Source of the DNA: Paraglomus brasilianum
Taxonomy: Eukaryota
Direction: 5' to 3'
Assembly (NCBI GenBank): GCA_910592345.1
Contig: CAJVPI010000037.1
Span: forward strand, 1 to 64,000
Length of the DNA: 64,000 bases
A program made the position numbers and the translations under genes. Below the pieces are notes generated by a model that saw nothing but the letters and a program-made list of their open reading frames with translations, searched no databases and was not told the origin of the DNA. Below, piece by piece: positions 1 to 11,948 of this stretch (position 1 is its first letter; each line of letters opens with the position of its first letter).

Positions 1-1
1 T

Positions 2-437
2 ACTGGTGAACCACCTTTTAGAGATAGGCAGTTCGATAGAGATTTAGTATGCGACATTATGGGCGGACTACGACCATTGATGCCTGATTCCGCACCAGAG
101 GAATACAAGAAACTTGCCGAGCGGTGTTGTGATGCTGACCCTGATAAGCGTCCAGATGTGGATGAACTTTATGGTGATATTGACAAGCTTACTACAATAA
201 GCAAATATGACAACACGTGGAATACTATCTACCATAATGATGTAAAACCCTTGACACGTCTCGAGAAGGAGAATAAATACTCTAGTAAGCTCTTACCCAC
301 AGGAGAATTACCTAAACCAAGAAATAGCTATGATTCGGATTCAGCTGCAGGTACGGTTACACGTTGGTACAAATAAGTCAATTTACAATATTAACACTGT
401 GATTTCTTATAATTTAGAGACTCAAACTCTTTTTTGA
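2..437 (+). CDS. C-terminal part of a tyrosine-kinase-like (TKL) protein kinase; 5' end lies outside the window
   Basis: The frame from nt 2 reads TGEPPFRDRQFDRDLVCDIMGGLRPLMPDSAPEEYKKLAERCCDADPDKRP, matching kinase subdomains IX-XI. A GT..AG intron at ~351-417 precedes a short last exon ending TGA at 437. Confidence 0.8.
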
Positions 438-1864
438 ATAAACTTGTAATTCAACGGGCTTATACGAGTTTTGTCCAAAGGTTCGAATTATACGATGTGC
501 TCCACGCATGTCAATATGTTGGGCTATGTAAGAAAATATGATACATTATTTATTGTAATGAGTTTGATATGTAGCAACATTCGAGCTCGGTTCGAAGCAT
601 TTCAGCACCAGCCTGATGATGCGTGCTTCCTGACATTGTTTTCATACCCAACTAGTTCTTTTCCAAATGGGCCCCATGCAGTCGGCCAATAAGGCCTCGA
701 TAGACGCGATGACTAGAATGCAGACAAGAATCCTGGAGCTGCGATAAAAGCAGATCCCACACTTGCTCGAATCTTCCGAGTGAATAATATCTCTGAACTA
801 AAACCTCCACGGTATTACGCAAGTGATGAATCATCAATCACTTATATCCCTTAAAGACATATCGTCACTCTTTTCATGATATTGCTGTATAGCCTTAACG
901 TAAAATTGCCATACACAAATGTGCCAACCATATATCCCAAGACGGGCTCCGTTCATATCAAATAATGTTTGGTAGTCCGGGAGTACTATCTAGTTGTTGC
1001 ACGATAAGAAATGTTTAGATATTCCTGCATCAGCCATGAGCATAAATTAGATTCGGATACGATTTTTCGCTATTGTATCTCATCAGTACCTACCAGATTT
1101 GGTGGGGGAGACTAAATTACCTCCCATCTATTGCCAAATTTGGCACATAATACAAGATAATTGTCGCGAAGTTCACAATGTCATTTTAAAGGCTCACTTT
1201 TGAGATACAGTATCGATTAAGTCGAAAAACGATGCAGACGGAGGCGTTAATGAAAGTATTATTTGCCAGTTAACCCAGATACAAAGATACACGAGAACGT
1301 GTATATTAATATGTCCCTTGTTAAGTGATTGAAGTATAGTTTGACTTAGATAATAAAGAGGAAATACTAATTACAAATACCGAGTCCCGAGAACACGTCG
1401 AATTCAAAACAATAAACTCTCCCAGCGCACCGATCGTAGCATTTGCTAATAACAAACGGCTTCACATTTAATTTTGAATGCGGATAAATAATCGTGCTTG
1501 GAAACGTGTGAAACGAACGGTCCACTTTTAGTGGGTGGGGATTGTAATTGTGTGTTGGTGATTTATCTTTGTAATTGCATGAAAGTGTGAGCGACGTTAT
1601 CGACACGATGACTTACACAATTTCTAATAAATTTATTTCTTAATCAATCAACAAATCTAAAGTTCTTGTTGGCTTTTATTACATAAATATATGTAAAATA
1701 CACTTTGCAAAGAAAGTTTAATTAGTGCGCGAAATACAACCATGTTTAGTGAACTTTTTTTTTTCGCTTCCATTGCATGAATTTGGCGTACAATCCGTCT
1801 CCCCTCTTCTTTTTAATCTTTGAATCTTTTACAACTACATAAATTATTAGTGCTACCCGATGTG

Positions 1865-3970
1865 CTACTCGGTGAGTTGAAAACTGACATCGACCTTCGC
1901 TTCACGTGAAAGTTTAACTATCTGAGACAATTGAACAGCTTTGATTGCAGCATCATCTAGATCATCGCAAGTTATAATGCGAAGGTCTGAACCAGCAATT
2001 AACTTCTTAGCCTCGTTTTCGTTCGTACCTGCACAAGAACAAGTAAAGATTAAGTCTCGTATAACGATCGCACGCAAAACAAGACTGCGCCTTCATCTAC
2101 CTTGTAATCGCACAACAAGAGGCACAGCTAACTGTAGCTGCGATGCTGCCTGAATAATTCCCTGTGCAATAATATCGCATCGCATAATTCCACCAAATAT
2201 ATTCACCAATATCGCGTTCACCTGTGGATCCGATGTAATAATCTTCATAGCTTCGGTGACTTGCTCTGTCGTTGCTCCTCCGCCAACATCAAGGAAGTTA
2301 GCTGGTTCTCCCCCGTGAAGTTTTATAATGTCCATTGTTGCCATAGCTAACCCAGCACCATTCACTGATAATAGGAACAGTTAGAGATCAATGCGCAACC
2401 AATATTAACACAAACAGAAAACCAAGTTTTCGAAATACCAATAACGAATTAAATATACAAAAAATTCGAACAAATAAACTGCGTACCTAAACATCCAATT
2501 TGACCGTCAAGGCCGATATAGTTCAAATTGCATTTACTCGCATTAACCTCACGTGGGTCTTCTTGACTGGTATCACGGAGAGCAAAAATATCCTTCTGGC
2601 GAAACTCGGCATTGTCGTCAAAATTTATCTTTGCATCCATCGCTAAGACTTGACGTTACAGGGTAAAAAATATATTGATATTTGTCATTGAATGAAAATT
2701 AGAATAAGTATCCGAATAGAAATCACAATACCTTCACCATCGGCCGATTCTGCCATGGGATTGATTTCTACTTGGGTCGCATCTTTATCCCAAAACAACT
2801 GGTAAAGTTGTATCATAGTATCAACGGCCTAAGTGGTCAAGGATAACAATTAATACACCAAGTCGGTAAAAACACGATTTCACTCTTCCCTTTTTCTTAA
2901 ACATATTTTTCGGTGACAATTTCTACCTCATCCGTAACTTTGGCTGAAAATCCCAATTTTTCAACCAAAGCCTTGGCTTCTTCTCTAGTCAGTCCAACGT
3001 CTATGTTTACGGGCAATGTTATGATCGCATCCGGATTCTCGGCTGCCACACTCTCAATATCAACACCCCCTTGCGACGACGCAACAACCACAGGGCCTTG
3101 TGTTTTGCGATCTTCCAGAATGGCCAAATAATATTCACGACGAACGAACTTGCGCTCACAGATGTAAACCTTTGAAAAAGTTGAACGTCATTAACAGACA
3201 GTTGTGAATATGCTAAAGATGGCATGTAAAGGTTATTACCGTATTACAAATTTTGCCTTCCGCACTTGTCTGTTTAGTGACGAGTCTATGACCAAGCATT
3301 TGCTCAGCAAACATCTTTGCTTCTTCAGGACTGGACATGGATACGGACATAGTTAAGTAAATAATGTATAACGCTAAAGTAGCATTCTTATGCTATGCAG
3401 TACTTACGAGAAAATAGGTCTAACGCCACCTCTTAGGCCACTATCAAAAGTACCCTTGCCACGCCCACCAGCAAGAACTTGAGCTTTTATGACTGTATCT
3501 TCCACATCTGTTATAATCAATGCCATTCACACATCAGGTCAGATTCACGAGAAAATACTTGATGTGCCCGAAACCATTAATGGAGTAAAGGCTCCTTGCT
3601 TTAAAGTGTTATAAATAGCATCATCCCATCCCATCTAAGCATAACAGCGGGAGATCTCCCTCTGCCTCGCACGCTCAAATGGATAATAAGAAAAGTCTAG
3701 AAAGTGCTAACCGAGTTTCTTGGTCACTTCATATGCTTCTTGAGGCGTTTTAGCAACAGCACCCTTTGGCGTTTTGATGCCATATTTATTCAACAATTCC
3801 ACAGACAGATACTCGTGAATTGCGAGGAAGCGTTTCTGCTGTCCTTTTGTGAGCTACCAGGCAATAATATTAACAAGCTATTCAAATGTCTACTCGAGAA
3901 GCACATTAATGAAGCCAACCAGATTAGTCCTATTAGCGAAGGCATTTGCAGCTCGAAGCGACCGAAACAT
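1865..3970 (-). CDS. LSC2: Succinate-CoA ligase beta subunit, mitochondrial (multi-exon)
   Basis: Spliced exons give [11 protein letters not shown]...[82 protein letters not shown] and [10 protein letters not shown], all diagnostic SucC/LSC2 motifs. Confidence 0.97.
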
Positions 3971-5470
3971 ATTGACAAGCTCGAGTTGAAATAGTTGTGA
4001 TCTGTATTCGCTATCTTAATATGTTGTCCAGTCTTTTTGACTTTTGGAATGATCTACACGATAGGTACACAATCAGCTGTGAATACTAAACGCGTTAAAC
4101 ATTTTTGTGCTATGTATGCTTTCCAGTCTATTAACAGGAATATTTGAGATAAGGGCATAATTTCAAGGGAAATGTTTATAATTACATTAAAATACTCTAC
4201 AAGATTGCTTTATAATTTATTCTACCTTCACCTAAAAGTAATATTGAGGGTAAAAGCTCTTAACTAAAGGAGAGTGCCTATTGTTATACGGAATATCATG
4301 ATGGTATGAAGGAATACTTGGACACCTGCACTGCGTATTCTTCTTGTGCATACCATGCTATAGGGTTCCTGGCCAGATTCAATTTGTCAATGCCGTACTC
4401 TGTGAAGTATTGACATTATGACTTTTATTATTTAATCAACCATGGTTTTTAGAGATTATATCCAACTTCTTTGAGGATAGACTAGATGCTCTCAACATTT
4501 AATTACTTGAAAAGATCCAATTGTTGTTCTTATACTAAATTGGAATATTAGAACTTTTTTTATTGCCCACATTTACGATGGTTTAATATTGCATACCGTG
4601 ACGTAAACTCATTGTATCTAAGAATAGAGATACATTGTAATTATTGTCGCACTTCCTTCAACAGCATCTGTGATTGACTCTATCAACTATGACTCTTGTT
4701 TGAAAAATCGTTCCACAAAATGAAATTCTTTATTGCTCAGAAGAACTAAATCTTGTAAATCGTGGTCATCATGCAAAAAATCCAATCGTTGAAAACATTA
4801 AAGAGTATTCATAGGAATAAAATACTAGATCAATAGTGGGAGATCTGATAAACAAACAAACCACCTGATCGATCAGTCCTTAAATTTATAGCATAGTAGA
4901 CACTCCTGTGTCAGATTTTAGGCAAAGTACAAAACGGAAGGAATGCACAGAAAAATATCGACTGCGAAAAATCTATAAATACGGGTCGAGTTTCATCATC
5001 GAGTTAATTCCAGCTGATATTTGTAATCAATTCACTAAGATATTAGTGCGCAATTACGCGAATAGCAGAAAGGTCGATCCATCGACACAACCTAGACTCA
5101 TTTATAAACGTATAAAGTAAATAATAGTTAGTGCACATTCAAAAAGAATCCACTCTTCACTTGGTATTGCGGGAATATTGACTAGTCAAAATACCAAATC
5201 GAAGACTGCCCTGAATTGAATTTAAAATTAAATTGTTGTTGTTTGATAATCGTTGGTACCCTTGTTTAGATACGAGTAGAAAATACATCGTATAGGGAGC
5301 GCGAATAATTAATTTAAAATCTTTGTGTTACTTGATATATGAGGGTGCCACAACTCAAATTTCGTGATCCAGTCCAACAGTCTCTCTTACATAACACTTA
5401 ATATTAGTCATGTTTTTATCGTTCTCCTCTTTTCCAATTACACGCTTTTTGAACGAACAATCAAATCATC

Positions 5471-7560
5471 ATGGTATTAAATCCCAAAGTTGATCCAGCC
5501 GTCGCAATACAGCAAGTAAAGAGCATCAAAGAAATAAGCGCGCAGCTCACTTCTCAGGCATTCAGCGTGAAAATGATGGGTCAGAATGCAAAGAAATATA
5601 AAACAGACTGCGTATCTTTTGGCAATAGAATCCAGCTGTCAGCCGAGCGGGCGGCGAGCTTTGCAAAAAAAATTGAAGAAGACCCACCAGAAATTGTTGC
5701 TATGAAATATGATTTGGAATCTGCTATAGAAGAATTAGAGAAATCTAGACGTAAGTTCCTCAATACGCATTGTCCAAAGAAAGTTTATGGATAATTTATT
5801 AGTTGGTTGAATTATTGTCTTAATTATTACTAATTAGTGTTTCCTTTTGATTTCAAAATGTGATATAGAAATATTTCAGCAAATTGCTATGTTTGTTCAG
5901 CAGAACCAGCTTCCGCCACTTCCAAATCAAAGACCTAATCCAGCTGAAGACTTTCGTATTCAACACTTGCTCGTAGATTACAACCGTCGTCTAGATAATT
6001 GTATTGGTAATGTATCAGTTGCTTTCGCATCGCATAAATTACAAAGGTCTCTTACAATTGAGGAGGAAGAAGAAGTTCTTAAAACGTTAAAGGGGGATGT
6101 GGAAAAGGAATTGTCCAGGTTGGAAGAATTGAAAAAACTAAAACAAGCTGGTGGCAATGACGATAAGAGCCAATGGTTAAGATTGGCTATTGAGCAGCAG
6201 CACTTGAGGTCTATACCTTTTGATCAGATTAAAGTTAACAACTTTTTGAGACGTGGAGGGTCTGTATAATTAGTCATGGTTAGACTCAATCATGTTATTA
6301 TATTGTTTATCCAAGATCTGTTTATTAATTATTAATTTCGTTAATAGTTTTGGTGTAGTATATCAAGCCGATTGGGATGATACGCCGGTTGTTCTGAAAC
6401 AACTCTTTGACCAAAAAGATTTTGTTCAGGAAATTCGTCTTCACAAGAGAGTTCACGATGGAGATTATATTGTTAAATTACATGGAATTACTAAAGATAA
6501 CGACGGGAACTTGGGCATGATTATGAAATATGCAGCACACGGTAGTCTAAGGGATTACCTAAAGTCGCATGCTAGTGAATTAACGTGGTATCAGAAAGTT
6601 CAGTTATCTAAACAGATTACCATTGGCTTATCTTTTATTCACAGAGAGAGAATTTTCCACAGAGTATGTCGCAAGTGTCCGATGCTTGAAGTTTTGTTAT
6701 GTTATAGGATAATACTTATTATTATGTGTTGTCATTGTAATTCCCAATTATGTTCAATTATCGAGTTTAGGACTTTCACAGTGTGAGTAAGATAGGCCGG
6801 AGTCTTTGTCATTTCCAATATGCCACTCACTAGACTTTTGATTTCAGGGCAATATTTTAGTAGATGAAAACGGAGGCCCGATGATAACAGATTTTGGTCT
6901 CTCACGAGCCGATCAAATTGTGGTTCCTTCCAATCGCTCTTCAGATAGTCCAGTATATGGCTTAGTGGCGTACACGGCCCCGGAAAGACTCAAAGATTCT
7001 TCACTACCATTTGATGAAAAATGTGATATTTACTCACTTGGTGTAGTACTCTGGGAGATTGGATCGGGCAAGAAACCATTCAAAGAGCATCAAAATGATA
7101 TGTCGTTGGGGGTGAATATAGTCATGGGTCAAAGAGAGAAATTTGGAAAAGGAGTGCCTCTGCGGTACAAGGAATTAGTGGAAAGATGTTGGCATGACAA
7201 TCCCAACGAAAGGCCCAGTATGAGAGAAGTTCAACAAGTTTTGAGCGACCTGTTGCACGATATGAACGACTTGGGGAGTGAAAATGTGGATTGTTTGGAA
7301 GAGGATGAAGACGACGAAATATATATCACAGCGGGATTGGAAAGCGTTAACATAACCGAGAACAAGAACGAGACTGAGGCCTCAGATGAATTATCTGGTT
7401 CGTCGTCGACCAAATATGTTAGCGCACTAGAAGATTTGACAGAGAATGACGATTCCTATTGTAAGTAGGTTCTCTGCATTATATTTCAAGAATTGCTGCT
7501 ATCTCGATTGACCAACATTCATGTTTTGTAGATTCAAATGCTTTGGATGTTTTCATTTGA
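5471..7560 (+). CDS. TKL protein kinase with N-terminal helical (MLKL/HeLo-like) region and acidic C-terminal tail
   Basis: The spliced kinase domain has RRGGFGVVYQA, VVLKQL, HR|DFHS|GNILV, DFGLSR, YTAPE, DIYSLGVVLWEIGSGKKPF and CWHDNPNERP. The N-terminal ~240 aa are predicted helical by eye. The last exon ends TGA at 7560. Confidence 0.9.
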
Positions 7561-8960
7561 TGGATTATGATTCTTTCAATGCGTGCTTTAATTTATGGAT
7601 TGTCGCTTTTTTTTTTTTGCCAATGCTCTCTCTCTAATTGCCTATTGTCCAAAAAACCGGTGTAATACTCTTGGTTTGTGAATTCCACAATTTTTTGTAA
7701 AATCCATTCTGCTTGCTGCTTGTTAATGATAACTGAATCAAACTCAGGAACCCGCCGGGTATTCTTAGTCAGCTATTTAACTGTTAATAAACAATACAGT
7801 AATTGCGCATATTTATTAAATTATAAGTCTTTCTTCTGACGAGTTAGTACAATAATTGTAAGTAGACAAAAACGATATCGTGAATACTCTCATCGAGACG
7901 TTAAAACGCCAGGAAAAATATAAATTAGCATGCTGTAAACACGAACATCAACGCTAGTTTCATTCTAGCGATGCTGAGCGCACCGGAAGGATTTTTGAAA
8001 TTTCGACTAAAGCAGGACGTAGTGGTAGATTTTCATTAACCCTCAGCTAGTAAAATTTGCGCTTTACGCGTTAATCACATCTGCCAGAAGAAACGAAAAA
8101 CCAATTCTTGGAAGTACGACGTCAGGTTTTAGTGGTAAATATCGAAATTTAATACCCCACATTTTTTTGAAAACTCCCGTGTGAGTTTTACCGAGGCACC
8201 TTGTCCAATCCGTGTCACATTTATTGGCCGAAATAATTATAATTATGACGAAGTCAAAAGTCAGCTGAAATTTGTATTAAATATAATCTACTTAATCCCG
8301 CAAAGTTAAAATGACGTATGATAAACAAGTTTATTTAAGACTACTTAATATTAATAGTTTATCTTATTATCTGCCAAATCGAGCACCCATGGTTAGAATG
8401 TTGTGTGACAATTGAGAGGCAAACAAATCACAGGGGGCAATCTGCAGCATGATATCCCATGATTGCACTTGAAATGCGCAGTACAATGGGATTAAAAAAT
8501 ATTTTTTCACAATTAAAATATGCAAATAATAAAATAAGCTTACTCCTTGAATAGACAAACAATTAGAGAACAAACAACCCATCTAAGTTTACATAAATAA
8601 ATCATGCATATTAATATATTTATTAAACAATTGATTAATTGGTACACATATAATTCAGGGCAGACAATAAAATTAATTATGATCCTGCATAGTACAGTAT
8701 TCGTTTCACGTGTGACTTCTGATTGTATTTATACATCATCTCTCAACTCTCCAACTATCAACAGCAACTAAAATGGCTACTAACACTACTAACGCTACTA
8801 GCGCTGACATCGTTACCCAACTTGGGCTCAACGAAGAGGAAACAGAAGCATTTAATGGGATGTCCCGACGAGAAAACTACTTTAGCGCCTTCGTCATACC
8901 TTCTTCGTTAGGATCTTGGCCATAAACTAGTTAGCTGTGGTCTCCACGTGGCTGTCCTAA

Positions 8961-9339
8961 TTGCACTTTGCCGCCAAGAAAATCTTCCTTACGTATCCTC
9001 AGTACTCTTTGGAGAAAGAAGAAGTATTGCGTCAGCTTCGGTTGAAGGCACTGCTAATCATATCAGCGAGTATATTATAGGCCGAAAACATCATATGGAC
9101 GGAAGCTTGCACATTCACGTGCTTTTGGTGACGTCGAAGAAGGTGGAAACGTCCAATCAGCGGTACTTTGATCTGATGTGCAAGTGGCAAAGAACGTCGA
9201 CGCAGTGAGGACATACGTCACCAAAGAAGGAGATTATATCAGTAGTGAGTCTTCCGCCTCGGACATCTCGGCCGATTCGATCCTTCGGACGTCGAAGACT
9301 AAGGAGGAGTATTTGGATAGGTTTTCCCTATGGTTGCAG
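8961..9339 (+). pseudogene. rep: Endogenous CRESS-DNA virus (geminivirus/genomovirus-like) Rep fragment, HUH endonuclease domain, two frameshifts
   Basis: The first frame reads LHFAAKKIFLTYPQYSLEKEEVLRQL (motif I FLTYPQ at 8985-9002). The next reads EYIIGRKHHMDGSLHIHVLL (motif II HUH) and VETSNQRYFDL (GRS-like). The third reads QVAKNVDAVRTYVTKEGDY (motif III YxxK) and ADSILRTSKTKEEYL (start of the central domain). No helicase domain is present. Confidence 0.9.
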
Positions 9340-10136
9340 CTTATTATTCTTGCTTCGACCGCATACAAAGATGACGAAGGAAAACTAAAAAATTTTTCAC
9401 GCTAAAACGAAAAACAAGAAGGATAACCGTTCGCAAATGCTTATCCAATTTATTCTACATGACATGGCCAGTCCACAGAGTGTCGATCAGTTGTGGTGGA
9501 TCAATATTGATTATTGCTATATTATTCTCATTTGTTTTTTAATAGTCTTATACTTAGGGATATTACTTTCTATACTTTTACCAATATTAATTAACTTTTT
9601 ACCAGCAACAATTTTTTTTCACCAAAGTCTCTATATCTTTTAGCGAAGTTTTTTTTCAATGTCTTTTATGGCATGCCTGTTCTGTCAACATCACACAAGA
9701 AGGTCATTATTTAGCTTTTGGTGAGGTTGTGATGCTACGCTATAAACAGTGACGTATTCTCTCCTAAATTTCTGCATTACTCTGACAGCAGTGCTGCCTG
9801 TGTATAGTCGTTTAGGCCGGAAAAGAATATTATTTATTACTGTATTAATTAACATACGATATTAATATATGGACAACACGTACGAGTTTATTCACTCTCT
9901 CACTTGCTTTGGTTCAATATCGAGCCTTCTCGTAGTGTCATAGATAGAATGATAATGATAATAGTAATAAATAAAAAGTTTTTTTTCTTGCTGACCACAC
10001 GCGCGAGTTACAACACGTGAATCCGTTATAGTAACCTAATCCGTTATGTATTATACAGTTTTTATTATAGTGTGTTACATAAGTACCACCGAATAAAGTA
10101 CCCCTCAAAAAAAAGTGAAATGTAAAATACCCACGG

Positions 10137-10195
10137 TAGTTGGCTGTGGTCTCCACGTGGCTGTCCTAATTGCACTTATTATTCTTGCTTCGACC
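10137..10195 (+). repeat. Contiguous copy of the two sequences that flank the Rep fragment (empty-site-like duplicate)
   Basis: 10137-10177 matches 8928-8968 at 40/41 nt, and 10175-10195 matches 9340-9360 at 21/21 nt. The CTT at 10175-10177 is shared by both matches. Confidence 0.93.
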
Positions 10196-10699
10196 CCATC
10201 TTTTCTTCGGTGGCTTAACTCATTCGATGGCAACGATTGGTGGAGTGACATCTCGTCGACGATTCGGATGTACATTTTCACGTGATCCGAACATCCATGG
10301 CTAGGATACTGGAGAACAGTTGACCTTTGTGCGCCTTCAAGCGAGGTAAGTTTTATATCTTCTCGTTTCTTTTCCATAATTTACGGCAGCTTTGTTAAGA
10401 ACAAATGACGCGTCTGCGGTAGAGTACGTTCTATCGGAAGCCAGTAATGGCAAGTCATCATCATCTAAGGATGGCCGGCTGATTTTGGGCTACAATACCG
10501 TTTTAAATAAATTAATCCGATATTAATATTCACTTTTGCTGGTACAATACAGGCTTTCCGTAACGAGTTTAATAAAATGCCATTCCGTGGCTAGAAAAAA
10601 AGATAATCAGAAAATATATAACAAAATTTTTAGTAGAGCGGATGTCAAAAACATACTAACTTTGCTATACCTGTAGAAACTATTCCGTAAAGATATCAT

Positions 10700-11720
10700 T
10701 ATCATTTTGAAATGCTTGATCTGTGGATTGTTTTCTTTTATTCATATGACTCGCTCTCTAGTTGTTACCTTAATGTCTTCATTGATCCTGTTGCGGAATC
10801 TTTATGACCCTTTAGTATGTATTAAGATTTTGCGACACATAATAATTTTGAAGAAACAATACTGTGCCAGCTTTTTATGGTTAGATGCTTAATAAAGTTC
10901 TACTGCAATTAAGCAGCTCATAATAAAATTCGAAAATCTACTATCCCATGCGAAATAATATCATAATTGTTTTGACAGATGATATGATATTCAGTTTTAT
11001 CCTTTTATCACATTCTACATTAATGCGGACTTTCTTAATGGTTACTAATCACCACCACTACTATTGAGGTTGCGTGTTCACTCAAATTATGTTTTCCCCA
11101 CAGTTCCTTCCCTAAATACACGATGATTCGCGCACTTTATTGTAGATATTGTCCATGTAAATAATGAATCTGCGATATTAGAACTTAAGGAAGTATCTAA
11201 TTCAGCACATTCGAATATGATTATTCTTTCGATTTTATTTATATATTAGGCGTGAAACCAGCAAACACGATTGCCATTGATATGCCTGCTGTGTCGTTTA
11301 CGTGAGTTGTGCAATAACTATTAAGATAATTATTTTAGTTATCTCCTCCATTAAAACCTTATCTTACATAGTATAAGTAGTCAATTCTGCTAATATTAAT
11401 CCAGAAAGAATTTTATATTTTCCTTTAGGAATACGATCAACATTGTCAAAATGCCCTTTTCAATATTCTTCACTAACTTTTCATAAATCTGAATGTTTTC
11501 CTGTAAACATAATATAGTACCGCAGATTTCGCGGCTTATTCGACTATTATCTTCATTTATTGCAGTTACCAATTCACAAAATACCTCGGTCAAAACTGTT
11601 ATGTAGGTTACAAGTCAGTTGTTATTTCGAACTACGTAGTTATTCCTTGAACATACTTTTGGATTGATAACTTTGATATTAACTATTCCGTGGCATTTGC
11701 CTACTTTTGACGTTATGCTA
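10700..11720 (-). pseudogene. Possible heavily decayed gene of the MLKL-like N-terminal domain/kinase family
   Basis: The fragments EICGTILCLQENIQIYEKLVKNIEK and FECAELDTSLSS resemble helical N-terminal regions of Glomeromycota kinases. There are many stops and the identification is weak. Confidence 0.25.
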
Positions 11721-11948
11721 AATCTTGAATATGATGGCACATCGACGGATCGTCGTCGTGTAAATAATCAGGAATTTATCCATGTTACACACACCCGACA
11801 TGTTACACATTTCCTTTCTCACCGAAATTTCAGATAACGTCGTGTAATACAGATCAGATCAGATCATTTCGCATACATAAGACCCGTTCTCAATGTATCT
11901 GCTCATGAAAGAGACTTGGCGACAAACACTTTAGAATGGCAGGTCTCT

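Noticed and set aside
8961..9339. Helitron or bacterial plasmid origin for the HUH motifs
   Set aside because: FLTYP, the GRS-like RYFDL and a single YxxK fit gemini-like Reps. Helitron motifs (E.Q.RG..H.H, Y..KY..K) are absent.
8300..10600. CRESS origin stem-loop (TAATATTAC/TAGTATTAC nonanucleotide), capsid gene or SF3 helicase near the Rep fragment
   Set aside because: By eye I found no canonical nonanucleotide in a hairpin, no Walker A GxxxxGKT and no capsid-like ORF. The locus is a fragment, not a complete provirus.
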